Shown here: one piece after another, positions 49,245 through 58,361 of the stretch
Layout of the letters: each line of letters opens with the position of its first letter
Position numbering within the stretch: position 1 is the stretch's first letter
Assembly (NCBI GenBank): GCA_965208105.1
Contig: OZ242318.1
Coordinates: 1,408,001-1,472,000 of the forward strand
DNA length: 64,000 bases
Direction: 5' to 3'
From: Candidatus Latescibacterota bacterium
Lineage (GTDB): Bacteria > Latescibacterota > UBA2968 > UBA8231
The notes under the pieces: generated by a model
Told to the model about the DNA's origin: nothing
Seen by the model: only the letters and a program-made list of their open reading frames with translations
The model's database searches: none
Translations under genes and position numbers: made by a program

Positions 49245-49970
49245 CTACCCCCGTTCGAGGTATTCCACGCAGCGGTCCACGGACTCGACGTCGCCGAATT
49301 TCGCGTCGATGTCGAAGAGGTTCCACTGGACGGCGCCGGGGATCCGGTCGCCTATGGCTTCCTCCACGGCTATGGGCCGGAAGCCTGCGGCAAGGCCGTC
49401 GCAGATGGTCTGGCGCACGCAGGCGCAGGCGGTGACCCCGGTGACCAGTATGGTGTCGACGCCGGCGCCGCGCAGAAATCCCGCCAGGAAGGTGCCGTTG
49501 AAGGCGCTGGCGTGTTTTTTCATCACCAGCGGCTCGCCCTCGATGGGCGCGATGCGGTCGTCTATGGCCCAGAGCTCGGGCTTGTTCTGGGGCACCGCCT
49601 CCAGGGGGATCTTGTGGTGCCACAACCCCATGTCGGTGTGGGGGTCGCTGCGGTCCGTGTTCTGGTAGCAGGTGGTCACGAAGACCACGAGGTGGTTGTT
49701 CCTGCGGCATGCCCGGAGCAGGCGCTGCACCGCGGGAATGACCTGCCCGTCCATGTTCTCGCAGGTGAAGGGATTGCCGGGGCGGGTCCAGGCGTTGGCC
49801 AGGTCGACGTTGACCAGGGCAGGCTTCCTGCCAAACCCCACGCGCCGCTGGAAACCCCGCTCCCGGTAGCGCCGGCGCGCCTCGGCGAAGGCCGCCTCCA
49901 GCGCCGCCTGCAGATCGGACCCGGCCATTCCCTCCCCATCTGCTGCTCCCGCCGCTCTGCCGCCTTGCAT
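49245..49970 (-). CDS. N-carbamoylsarcosine amidase (isochorismatase/cysteine hydrolase family)
   Basis: DLANAWT.PG.PF.C, DMGLW..KIP, IDDRIAP, K..ASAF.GT, TACACVR and GDRIPGAVQWNLFDIDAKFGDVES closely match the Arthrobacter enzyme as I recall it. Start is 49970 or 49928. Confidence 0.85.
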   Translation of the reverse strand: MQGGRAAGAADGEGMAGSDLQAALEAAFAEARRRYRERGFQRRVGFGRKPALVNVDLANAWTRPGNPFTCENMDGQVIPAVQRLLRACRRNNHLVVFVTTCYQNTDRSDPHTDMGLWHHKIPLEAVPQNKPELWAIDDRIAPIEGEPLVMKKHASAFNGTFLAGFLRGAGVDTILVTGVTACACVRQTICDGLAAGFRPIAVEEAIGDRIPGAVQWNLFDIDAKFGDVESVDRCVEYLERG

Positions 49971-50027
49971 GGCTTCCTTTCGTGGATGAGTTCGAGTCCG
50001 AGTGACCAGGGGATTCACCGCCCGGGC

Positions 50028-50975
50028 TCAATGGACGACGCATTCCTCGATGTGGCCGAACAGGTCCAGAATGCGGTCCCGGTCTTCCTGCCTCAAAGGG
50101 GTCCCCAACATGGCTTCCGTGTTGGCCTCCAGGTGGGACCTGTTGGCGGTCCCGGTGAGCACCGAAGAGACGGCAGGGTGGGCGGCGGCGAATTTGTAGG
50201 CCGCCGCGACCACCGACTCCACCCCGGGCCGCAGCAGCCAGTCCAGCGGGCCCTGGTCGGGGACGGCGCCCCGGGCAAGCAGTCCACGCTCCTTCAGACC
50301 GGCGATGACCTTTTCGAGGCGCCCGGGGTCGGAAAGTGCGCGCCGCACCGCGAACATGACCATGACCCCCACGTCGCGTTTTTGCGCTTCTGGCAATATC
50401 TCGCGCTCCGCATCGGGAGCCAGCAGGTTGTAGCCCACCATGATCGAGTCGAAGTGGTCGTCGGCGAGGGCCCGCCCGAGCATGCGGTGGGCGCCGTCGC
50501 TGCTGTACTTCTCGGTGATGCCCAGAAAGCGGACCTTGCCCTGCCGCTGCCAGCGTTGCGCCTCCCCCAGGTAGCGCTCCGCGACATGATCGTAGAGCTC
50601 GGGCTGGATGCCGTGGAACTGGAAGAGGTCGATGCAGTCGACCCCCAGCCGCCGCAGACTGCTGTGCAGCGACTCCTCGAGAGCGGCTGCCGGCTGCCTG
50701 TCCTCCTCGGCCTCTCCCCTGGGCCTGAACTTGGTGGCGATGATGTAGCTCCCCCGGTCGACCTGGCGCAGTGCGCGTCCCAGGATGACCTCGCTCTCAC
50801 CGTACCCGGCGGAAGTGTCGATCAGGTTGATCCCCAGGTCCAGGGCGCGGTGCACCACCCGGATGGCCTCGGCCTGCGGAACTCCCGAACCCTGTCCCAG
50901 CCGGCTCGGCCCTCCGGTCCCCAGTCCCACCAGGGATACATCCAGCCCTGTTCGGCCCAAACGTCGATACTGCAT
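50028..50975 (-). CDS. Aldo/keto reductase
   Basis: MQYRRLGRTGLDVS, GINLIDTSAGYGESE, IATKF and SLRRLGVDCIDLFQFH motifs. Confidence 0.93.
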   Translation of the reverse strand: MQYRRLGRTGLDVSLVGLGTGGPSRLGQGSGVPQAEAIRVVHRALDLGINLIDTSAGYGESEVILGRALRQVDRGSYIIATKFRPRGEAEEDRQPAAALEESLHSSLRRLGVDCIDLFQFHGIQPELYDHVAERYLGEAQRWQRQGKVRFLGITEKYSSDGAHRMLGRALADDHFDSIMVGYNLLAPDAEREILPEAQKRDVGVMVMFAVRRALSDPGRLEKVIAGLKERGLLARGAVPDQGPLDWLLRPGVESVVAAAYKFAAAHPAVSSVLTGTANRSHLEANTEAMLGTPLRQEDRDRILDLFGHIEECVVH

Positions 50976-51005
50976 CTTCCTGCCTCCTCTCGCCCTGGAC
51001 TGCCT

Positions 51006-53243
51006 TCATGGATGCTGCGGCAGGGCTGTGGACGCCAGCACCAAGCGCTGCGGCGGCAGCGGCGAGGGCGCCGCGTCTCCCTCGCGGACCCGCACCACCT
51101 GGTCCATGGCCACCTCCTCGAATACCTGCACCTCGCCTGTGGCCGGCCAGGTGACCTCGACGAACTCTATCCTCCGGGCCTGCCCCAGGCCGATCTCCTG
51201 CTGCAGGCTCGATGCTCCGAAGCTGCCGCCGGTGGAAACGGTGGAATGGACGTCGCGCACCCCGTCGGCGCTGCGCACCCGCACCCGCACGCGGGCGCCG
51301 ATGGCGTCCCTGTTCGAGCGCACACCTTCCAGCCTGAGGGTGATCCAGTGGTTGCCGTGGCCCGGGTTCTCGAAGAGCACGTTCTGGTAGACGTCACCGG
51401 TATACGCCCCTCCCATCACCTCGAAAATGTCCTGGTCGCCGTCGTTGTCCACATCGCCGAAGGAGATTCCGTGCCCTTTCTGCAGGTGGCCGAATCCACC
51501 CGAAGCGGTAACGTCCTGGAAGGACCTGCCCTCCGCGTTGCGGTACATGAGATTGGGCATCAGGGACCTGAGGTCCGGTTCACCCGTGCCGATGTAGCAA
51601 TCGGGGAATCCATCGTTGTCCAAATCGCCGAAATTGGCCCCCATGGCCAGGATGATCCGGTCGAGTCCCACCTCCCGGGTCACGTCGGCGAAGGTGCCGT
51701 CGCCCTGGTTGCGGTAAAGCCGCGAGGACTCGGCGCCGGAAGGCAGTCCCATGAACACGGCGGCTATGTCTCCGGGAGTTTCCACGTGGAAGCTGCCGGC
51801 GAAGAGGTCCAGCCAGCCGTCGTTGTCGAAGTCCCAGAACCAGGTGGGGAAACTCTTGAGAGGCCTCTCGACCCCGGCCGCCGCGGTCACGTCGGCGAAG
51901 CGCCAGCCCTTCGAGGTCTTCCCCTCGTTGCGGTAGAGGACGTTGTCCTTGCCGCGGCTGGATATGTAGAGGTCCTGCAGGCCGTCGTTGTCGTAATCGC
52001 CCCAGGCAACCCCCTTGACGTAGGCGACGTGGTCAACTCCCACCTCCGCGGCCACGTCGGCGAAGGTGCCGTCGCCCTGGTTGCGGTAAAGCTGGCAGGG
52101 ATGCGCGTCCACGTTGTCGGATTCATTTCCCACGAAGAGATCGAGCCAGCCATCGTTGTCGTAATCGCCCCAGGCCACCGCGTGGGTGGGATGGAAGCTG
52201 AGCAATCCCGCCGCTTCAGTGACGTCGGCGAAGGTGCCGTCGCCCTGGTTGCGCAGCAGGGAGTTGGGATGGAGGCCCTGGTCGTGCATCCATGCGCCGC
52301 GCGGCACCAGCACGTCGCGGTAGCCGTCGTTGTCGTAGTCGGCGTGAAAGAGGTTCAGACCACCGATCTGCCCCTCCAGCCCCGCCGCCGCGGTGCGATC
52401 GCTGAAGCTTCCGTCGCCCCCGTTGCGAAAGTAGCGCAACTGGTCCCTCAGTCCCCAGGAGGAGGCCATGATGTCGAGGTAGCCGTCGTTGTCGAAGTCC
52501 TCCATGATGCTTCCCCCTGAAAGGGCGACCACGTCCAGCCCCAGGCGGGGAGCCAGGTCGCGGAAGCGCTTGATGTCGTAGTCGGCCGCGAAGTACCGCG
52601 GCGGGATAAGCCAGCGCTCCGGCACCTTGTCGGGGTAGACGCCGATGGTCATGTAGGCGATGTTGAGCAGCCAGCGGCTGCTGAGGTCGTCAGGGTCCCG
52701 TTCCAGCGCCGACTCGTACTCGGCAATGGCGGCGCGCGATCCGCGCTGCAGCTCGTGGACCCCGCCGGGGCGAATGGGGAACAGGCAGGACTCGGAGGTG
52801 TGGGCCAGCAGGCAGTTCTCCTGCTCGCCGAGACGCAGGTGAGCTATTCCCAGCCAGGTTCCGAGCTCCCGCAGGCGCTCCAGGCTGACCGGGTCGCCGC
52901 GCCTTTCCAGCTCCGTGCGCACCCGCGCGAACTCTTCTATGGCACTCGGGGTTTGGCCGGCCAGGAGGAGCTCCATGCCCAGATTGAAACGCAAGGCCCC
53001 GGTGTTGCCGCGGCCGCCGGCACGGGCGAGCCGGCCCCTCTCCAACCGCACCCTCGCCTCGTTGAGAAAGATGTTGGACGCCGGATCGCTGGCCGCCACC
53101 ACGCTGTCCAGCAGAGCCGCCATGCGGGCGTTGCCCCCGGGCCGCGCCTGCTCCCCCAGGTCGGTCCCGCACCCAGGAGTCTGCCCCAGCAGAAGGATGA
53201 GTGCCCAGCCGCCGATTCCCGCTCTTTGCCTCGTCCTGTGCAT
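51006..53243 (-). CDS. CRTAC1-family protein (TPR-like N-terminus, FG-GAP repeats, ASPIC/UnbV domain)
   Basis: Repeated DYDNDGxxD and LYRNQGDGTFADV; C-terminal SNRDAIGARV...EIGLG...VTWP; possible lipoprotein Cys. Confidence 0.9.
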   Translation of the reverse strand: MHRTRQRAGIGGWALILLLGQTPGCGTDLGEQARPGGNARMAALLDSVVAASDPASNIFLNEARVRLERGRLARAGGRGNTGALRFNLGMELLLAGQTPSAIEEFARVRTELERRGDPVSLERLRELGTWLGIAHLRLGEQENCLLAHTSESCLFPIRPGGVHELQRGSRAAIAEYESALERDPDDLSSRWLLNIAYMTIGVYPDKVPERWLIPPRYFAADYDIKRFRDLAPRLGLDVVALSGGSIMEDFDNDGYLDIMASSWGLRDQLRYFRNGGDGSFSDRTAAAGLEGQIGGLNLFHADYDNDGYRDVLVPRGAWMHDQGLHPNSLLRNQGDGTFADVTEAAGLLSFHPTHAVAWGDYDNDGWLDLFVGNESDNVDAHPCQLYRNQGDGTFADVAAEVGVDHVAYVKGVAWGDYDNDGLQDLYISSRGKDNVLYRNEGKTSKGWRFADVTAAAGVERPLKSFPTWFWDFDNDGWLDLFAGSFHVETPGDIAAVFMGLPSGAESSRLYRNQGDGTFADVTREVGLDRIILAMGANFGDLDNDGFPDCYIGTGEPDLRSLMPNLMYRNAEGRSFQDVTASGGFGHLQKGHGISFGDVDNDGDQDIFEVMGGAYTGDVYQNVLFENPGHGNHWITLRLEGVRSNRDAIGARVRVRVRSADGVRDVHSTVSTGGSFGASSLQQEIGLGQARRIEFVEVTWPATGEVQVFEEVAMDQVVRVREGDAAPSPLPPQRLVLASTALPQHP
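51681..52253. repeat. Three identical intragenic direct repeats (40, 40 and 32 nt)
   Basis: CACGTCGGCGAAGGTGCCGTCGCCCTGGTTGCGGTAAAGC occurs at 51681-51720 and 52053-52092; its 32-nt core occurs again at 52222-52253. Confidence 0.85.
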
Positions 53244-53276
53244 ACGCCGTGCGCGCCGCCCGCCCGGAAAGGCTCT

Positions 53277-54185
53277 CTAGATGTTCAGGTACTCTGCGAT
53301 CAGGGGGCGGACCCCCTCGTGGCCGTCGACCCCGCGCCCCGGATGGATGATCAGGCGGTAGGAGAACACCGCCCTGTCGCCGCCGGCAATGGTCATGCTG
53401 GCGTCGATGCTCTCGTCCCCCTCGTAATCGTGGACACCGAAGGGATTGGCGGCGAACAGACCGTAGCCGCGCACGTGCCAGCGCGTTGGATGGCGCGGGT
53501 TGTCCCTGTGGTCCACAACCACCATGCCCCACTGGCGGCCGTCGGCCAGCGGCCCGGAATAGTCCACCCACGCGGCGGGACGGCCCCAGGTGACCTCCTC
53601 GCCCCGGCCGCTGTCGTAGACCTGCCCCTCCGCGTTCTCGATGCGGCCATTGCCGCTTGCGTCCATCGAGGAAGCCACCCTGATCGCCAGCATTCCACCT
53701 TCCTTGGTGTCGCCGAGGTTGACGTCGCCGTACTTTGCCCTGAGCTCGCTGCGGTGGTCCAGGATGCGCAGCTCCCCCTCGGCGCGGACCCGGATGGTGC
53801 GGCGTTCCTCCAGGAGGCGCAGGCCCTCGGGGCCGAACCAGTCCACCATGCCGTCGATGGAAGCCTCCTCTCCCTGGACGCCGACCACCGGCTCCCCGCG
53901 CTGCAGCATGGAGCCGTGGCCGCTGCTTTCGTCCCAGAGGTTGCAGCCGTTCACCAGGCCGTGGGCTACGTAGAGGCCGCGGTGGTGGTAGTGGTCCTCG
54001 GTCTCGCCGGGGATGCGCTCGCATGGATAGCCGCGGGTCAGGCCCTGTCCGCCCGGGGTGAGCAGGGGATAGAAATAGGGCCGGCATACGTAGTGGCCGT
54101 AGCGGTACTCGGTGAACAGACCGCCCTCCACCGTGATGCGGGCCCTGGAATTTTCTGGATCCAGCTCGATGTCGATCATGGTCAT
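53277..54185 (-). CDS. DUF6807 (Pfam 'PmoA'-named) family protein
   Basis: RPYFYPL, DHYHHRG, GDTKEGG..IRVA, WVDYSG and WHVRGYGLFAANPFG motifs. Confidence 0.8.
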   Translation of the reverse strand: MTMIDIELDPENSRARITVEGGLFTEYRYGHYVCRPYFYPLLTPGGQGLTRGYPCERIPGETEDHYHHRGLYVAHGLVNGCNLWDESSGHGSMLQRGEPVVGVQGEEASIDGMVDWFGPEGLRLLEERRTIRVRAEGELRILDHRSELRAKYGDVNLGDTKEGGMLAIRVASSMDASGNGRIENAEGQVYDSGRGEEVTWGRPAAWVDYSGPLADGRQWGMVVVDHRDNPRHPTRWHVRGYGLFAANPFGVHDYEGDESIDASMTIAGGDRAVFSYRLIIHPGRGVDGHEGVRPLIAEYLNI

Positions 54186-54210
54186 CCTCTCTCGAAAGTG
54201 CAGGCAAAGA

Positions 54211-55548
54211 TCAGACGCTGCGCCCGCAACACCGTTTGAACTTGCTGCCGCTGCCGCAGGGACAGGGGTCGTTGCGGCCGGGCTCCTTGCTCCCTGCCGC
54301 CGCCTCGGACCGCCGCCGCCGGGCCCACTCCATCACCGAGGCCGGCGCCCCTCCCCGCCTCAGCTCAGCCGCCATGTAGCGCATGTAGGGGTCGGCGTGG
54401 GCGAAGAACATCTTGTAGCCCCTGCACAGGTAGTTCAGGCCTTCCTCCCCGGCGGGAGTCCTGGTGAATCTGTGCTTGGGGCAGCCGCCGTTGCAGGCAA
54501 AGCGGAACTCGCACTCGCGGCAGTAGCGCGGCAAGGTATCCTTCTTGTCCTGTCCGAACCGCCTCTGCCGGGGACTGTCCACCATCTCGCGGATGGTGGC
54601 ATCGGCCACGTTCCCCAGCCTGTAGTCGGGATAGACGAAGTGGTCGCAGGAGTAGAGATCGCCGTTGTGCTCGATGATCAGCGCCTTTCCGCAGGTCTCG
54701 GCGAAGATGCACAGGCCGGCGTCCTGTCCCAGCCAGGAACCCAGGGCCACGTCGAACATCTGCACGAAGTAGTCGCCCACGTCGTGGAGCACCCACTCGT
54801 CGAAGACCTTGCACAGAAACCTCCCGTACTGCCCCGCGCCCACCGACCACCTGGACACCTGGGCCCTTCCCGCAAAGCCCGGGTCGATGAGCTCGAGGCC
54901 GTCGGCTTCGGGCTGGCGCGCAATGCGCTCGACGATGGGAATGAACTGCATGAAGTGGCTGCCGATACCCTTGAGGAAGCGATAGACTTCCAGGGGATGG
55001 TCGGCATTGTGGTTCTGCAGCACGGTCAGGGTGTTGAACTCCACCTCGTGCCTTTTGAGGACCTCGAGGCCGGCCATCACCCGGTCGAAGGTGGGCTTTT
55101 GTCCCTTGTCCACCCGGTAGCGGTCGTGCAGGGGGCGCGGACCGTCGATGGAGACGCCAATGAGAAAGTCGTTTTCGGCCAGGAACTCTCCCCACCGGTC
55201 GTCCAGCAGAATGCCGTTGGTCTGGAATGCATTGGTGATCTCCTTGCCCCCGGCGTATCGCTTCTGCAGCTCCACCGCCCTGCGGTAGAAGTCCACCCCC
55301 AACAGGGTGGGCTCCCCTCCCTGCCAGGCGAAGTTGACCTGGGGCACGTCCTGGGCTTCGATGTACTGGGATACGTAGCGTTCGAGCACCTCGTCGCTCA
55401 TGCGCCAGTTTTTGTTGAGGTGGGGATAGAGCTTCTCCTTCTCCAGGTAGAAGCAGTAGGTGCAGTCGATGTTGCACACCGAGCCGGAAGGCTTGGCCAT
55501 TATGTGCGAGGCCACGGGCGCTGGAGAAGGAGCGGTTGCAGTCGTCAT
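54211..55548 (-). CDS. Anaerobic sulfatase maturase (radical SAM/SPASM) with SEC-C motif
   Basis: MAKP.GSVCNIDCTYCFY, WQGGEPTL, SIDGP, SPASM cysteines (YSCDH; CRECEFRFACNGGCPK) and GRNDPCPCGSGSKFKRCC. Confidence 0.93.
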   Translation of the reverse strand: MTTATAPSPAPVASHIMAKPSGSVCNIDCTYCFYLEKEKLYPHLNKNWRMSDEVLERYVSQYIEAQDVPQVNFAWQGGEPTLLGVDFYRRAVELQKRYAGGKEITNAFQTNGILLDDRWGEFLAENDFLIGVSIDGPRPLHDRYRVDKGQKPTFDRVMAGLEVLKRHEVEFNTLTVLQNHNADHPLEVYRFLKGIGSHFMQFIPIVERIARQPEADGLELIDPGFAGRAQVSRWSVGAGQYGRFLCKVFDEWVLHDVGDYFVQMFDVALGSWLGQDAGLCIFAETCGKALIIEHNGDLYSCDHFVYPDYRLGNVADATIREMVDSPRQRRFGQDKKDTLPRYCRECEFRFACNGGCPKHRFTRTPAGEEGLNYLCRGYKMFFAHADPYMRYMAAELRRGGAPASVMEWARRRRSEAAAGSKEPGRNDPCPCGSGSKFKRCCGRSV

Positions 55549-55638
55549 GAGGAGAAAGGCCGCGACGGGAGTGGATTTCCGCGCAGGTGGTGATTATGAT
55601 AGTATCTTTGCACTCAGGATGCAACGGCGGGAATGGAT

Positions 55639-56304
55639 ATGGCCAACATCTTCATCGGCGACATCCACGGCTGCGCCGCGGAGTTCGAGGAGCTGCTGGA
55701 GAAGTGCGGGTTTCGCCCGGGTCGCGATCGCCTTCTGCTCACGGGTGACGCCTTCTCCCGCGGCCCCGACCCCCTGAAGGTCTGGGATCTGATCGAGCAT
55801 ACCGGGGCGGAAATGGTGCTGGGCAACCACGACGACAGGTTGCTGAGCCACCTACTGCGCAGGCACGCCGGCCAGGACCCCGGAGCTAGCCATCCCGGGC
55901 ACAGGCGGGTCATCGACATGCTCATGCCAGGGGTCGACCGCCTGCTGCCATGGCTGCGGCAACTGCCCTTGTGGATCGAATCCGAGTCCTTCCTGCTGGT
56001 CCACGCCGGGGTCAACCCGGAGAAGGGATTTTCCCGCACCTCCCGCGACGAGTTCCTCAAGATTCGCACCTGGCCCCCCGGGGACGGCATCGAGGGCAGG
56101 CGCTGGCACGACTACTACAAGCCCCATGGCAAGGTCCTGGTGTTCGGCCATGACGCTCCCGGCGGCGTGGTAATCAGGAAGCACCGCAACGGATGCCCCT
56201 ATCTGGTGGGCCTGGATTCAGGCTGCGTCTACGGAGGGAGGTTGAGCGCCTGGATTCTGGAGGAAGAGCGCCTCGTCCAGGTGGAGAGCCTGGGTCGCGC
56301 CTAG
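55639..56304 (+). CDS. Metallophosphoesterase (ApaH/PPP-like)
   Basis: IGDIHGC, GDAFSRGP, GNHD, VHAG, FGH and LDSGCVYGG motifs. Confidence 0.9.
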   Translation: MANIFIGDIHGCAAEFEELLEKCGFRPGRDRLLLTGDAFSRGPDPLKVWDLIEHTGAEMVLGNHDDRLLSHLLRRHAGQDPGASHPGHRRVIDMLMPGVDRLLPWLRQLPLWIESESFLLVHAGVNPEKGFSRTSRDEFLKIRTWPPGDGIEGRRWHDYYKPHGKVLVFGHDAPGGVVIRKHRNGCPYLVGLDSGCVYGGRLSAWILEEERLVQVESLGRA

Positions 56305-56463
56305 TGCCTGCTTGCGTAAGTAAGCGTACGAACGAGGGCGCAGAAGCGCCCGGCTCGCAAGGCGCCTGAGCGAGTCGTACCTGGAGTGTACGGCGAGGGA
56401 GGGCAACGCCGCGAGCCGGGATGCAGCGGCGGCCGAATTCACGCGGAATTGCGCAAGCAGGCA
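56305..56463. mobile_element. 159-bp MITE-like element
   Basis: TIRs TGCCTGCTTGCGTAA (56305-56319) and TTGCGCAAGCAGGCA (56449-56463) match 14/15. CTAG flanks both sides (56301-56304, 56464-56467). Internal CCCGGCTCGC/GCGAGCCGGG stem. No transposase ORF. Confidence 0.75.
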
Positions 56464-56624
56464 CTAGTGTTCCGTGCCGGAAACATGTCAGCGGAGAGGG
56501 GAATGTCCCCCGTAGACTTCCCCGGCGGTATCTACCGGGGGCGCCGATGCGCACCCTCCGGCCCGCGGTGAGCGGTTGCCCTTTGAACCCTGCCTGCGCC
56601 TTCACCTGAGAATTGCCGGACAAC

Positions 56625-57434
56625 ATGCCCGAACTTCCCGAGGTTGAGACCGTGCGCAGCGCCCTCGAGCGCCACATCCTGGGTCGCAGAATCCTGGGGG
56701 TGCGGACCAGCGGCCAGCGCCTGCGCGAGCCCCTTCAGGAAGGGCTCCTGAAGACCCTGGCAGGGGACTGTTTCGTCCGCGCCAGGCGCCGGGCGAAGTT
56801 TCTCCTGCTCGACCTGAAATCGCCGCAGACCCTCCTGGTCCACCTGGGGATGAGCGGGAACCTGCTGTTGCGACCCGGCGGCGGGAAACACGACCATCTG
56901 ATCCTCGAGCTGGACTGCGGGCCCCCACTGGTGTTCAACGACCCGCGCCGGTTCGGCCTGGTTCTCCTCTACCGCACCGACGCGGTGGAAAACTCTCCCT
57001 ACCTGGGCAAACTGGGCGTGGAGCCCCTGGAAAAATCCTTCGACGCCCACTACCTCCGCTCGGTGTGCAAGGGCCGCACGCGCCCCATCAAGAATCTGAT
57101 CATGGACGCCTCCATCGTAGCGGGGGTGGGAAATATCTACGCCAGCGAAGCCCTTTTCAGGGCGGGAATCCTGCCCACCTCGGAGGCGCAACGCATCGGG
57201 CCGCGGCGGCTTGACCGGCTGGCGCGGGAAATCAAGCAGGTGCTGAGGACCGCCATACGCCAGGGAGGGACCACCATCGCCGACTACAGAGGTTCGGGGG
57301 AAGGGGGCCGATTCCAGCAGGAGCTGTGCGTGTATGGACGCAACGGGCAGAACTGTCTAGTGTGCGAAAGACCGCTAAGATCCATGGTCCTGGCCGGGAG
57401 GAGCACCTGCTACTGCGCCCGCTGCCAGCGATGA
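56625..57434 (+). CDS. mutM: Formamidopyrimidine-DNA glycosylase (Fpg)
   Basis: MPELPEVE, HLGMSG, DPRRFG, GVGNIYASEALF and C-terminal zinc finger CLVC...CARCQ. Confidence 0.96.
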   Translation: MPELPEVETVRSALERHILGRRILGVRTSGQRLREPLQEGLLKTLAGDCFVRARRRAKFLLLDLKSPQTLLVHLGMSGNLLLRPGGGKHDHLILELDCGPPLVFNDPRRFGLVLLYRTDAVENSPYLGKLGVEPLEKSFDAHYLRSVCKGRTRPIKNLIMDASIVAGVGNIYASEALFRAGILPTSEAQRIGPRRLDRLAREIKQVLRTAIRQGGTTIADYRGSGEGGRFQQELCVYGRNGQNCLVCERPLRSMVLAGRSTCYCARCQR

Positions 57435-57533
57435 CGGCAGGGGGCTTCCCCTTGCTGCAGCTCACCGCGCCGGCATCCCGTCGAGAAACAAGTGGCCGTT
57501 ATTCCCCCGATCCATCCCGGGGGCTCGATTGGG

Positions 57534-58157
57534 TCAACCTGTCTCGGCTTCGGGACCCTGGCGGCCGTTGCGCTCGGGTGTGGTGGTGGTGATTATGTCG
57601 TCGATCAGTCCGTAGTCCCTGGCTTCCTGGGCGGACATGAAGAAATCGCGGTCCGTATCCTGGGAGATCTTCTCCACGTCCTGGCCGGTGTGGCGGGCGT
57701 AAAGGTGGTTTATCTCCTCGCGCAGGCGCACGATCTCCCTGGCGCGGATATCCAGGTCGGTGGAGGAACCGGTGATGGTCCCCATGATCAGGGGCTGGTG
57801 AATCATGATGCGGGCGTGGGGCCAGGCAAAGCGCCGGCCCCGGGCGCCGGCGGCCAGCAGCACCGATCCCATGCTTGCGGCCATTCCCATGCAAACCGTC
57901 GATACCGGCGATCCAATGGATTGCATGGCGTCGTAGACCGCCATGCCGTCGGAGGCAGACCCTCCCGGACTGTTGATGTAGAGCACGATCTCCTGCTCCG
58001 AGGATTCGGCGTCCAAGGCCAGAAGCCGGGTGACCACGGCCCTTGCAGACTCGTCGTTGACCTCGGACCACAGGAAGATCTTGCGGTCCTTGAACAGGCT
58101 CATTTCCAGGCTTTTTTCCTGCAGACTCCGGATCAAACCCTCTTCTTGTTCCGACAT
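57534..58157 (-). CDS. clpP: ATP-dependent Clp protease proteolytic subunit
   Basis: YINSPGG, GMAASMGS (catalytic Ser), IHQP and DRDFFMSAQEARDYGLID. Confidence 0.95.
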   Translation of the reverse strand: MSEQEEGLIRSLQEKSLEMSLFKDRKIFLWSEVNDESARAVVTRLLALDAESSEQEIVLYINSPGGSASDGMAVYDAMQSIGSPVSTVCMGMAASMGSVLLAAGARGRRFAWPHARIMIHQPLIMGTITGSSTDLDIRAREIVRLREEINHLYARHTGQDVEKISQDTDRDFFMSAQEARDYGLIDDIITTTTPERNGRQGPEAETG

Positions 58158-58361
58158 GCTCTCCTTCTCCTCCAATATCTCCACTGCATGGAACCGGCTG
58201 AAGGCTGAGAATATACAGGACCCCAAAAATGGCGTCAAACGGGATCCACTGACCGATCACCCGCCCTCCCGGTCCCCGTTCCAGGGGTCCGGCCTCCATC
58301 TTCCAAACGCCGGTCCCGGCCGCCAGCCGGCCGCAGGAATCCCCGCCCCACATCCCCAAGC

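Noticed and set aside
51681-52253. Repeats considered as a CRISPR array or DGR template/variable pair
   Set aside because: Spacing is irregular and long, the copies are in-frame protein repeats, there are no adenine-specific mismatches, and no cas or reverse transcriptase gene is present.
49512-52520. 1002-aa plus-strand ORF
   Set aside because: It is the antisense shadow of three well-supported minus-strand genes and has no motifs. Such shadows are expected at high GC3.
53277-54185. 'PmoA' label suggesting methane oxidation
   Set aside because: This is a soluble DUF6807-type protein with no TM helices and no pmoCAB context.
34891-57434. xth, uvrA and mutM as a DNA-repair island
   Set aside because: They are separated by many unrelated genes and differ in composition, so the co-occurrence is probably coincidental.
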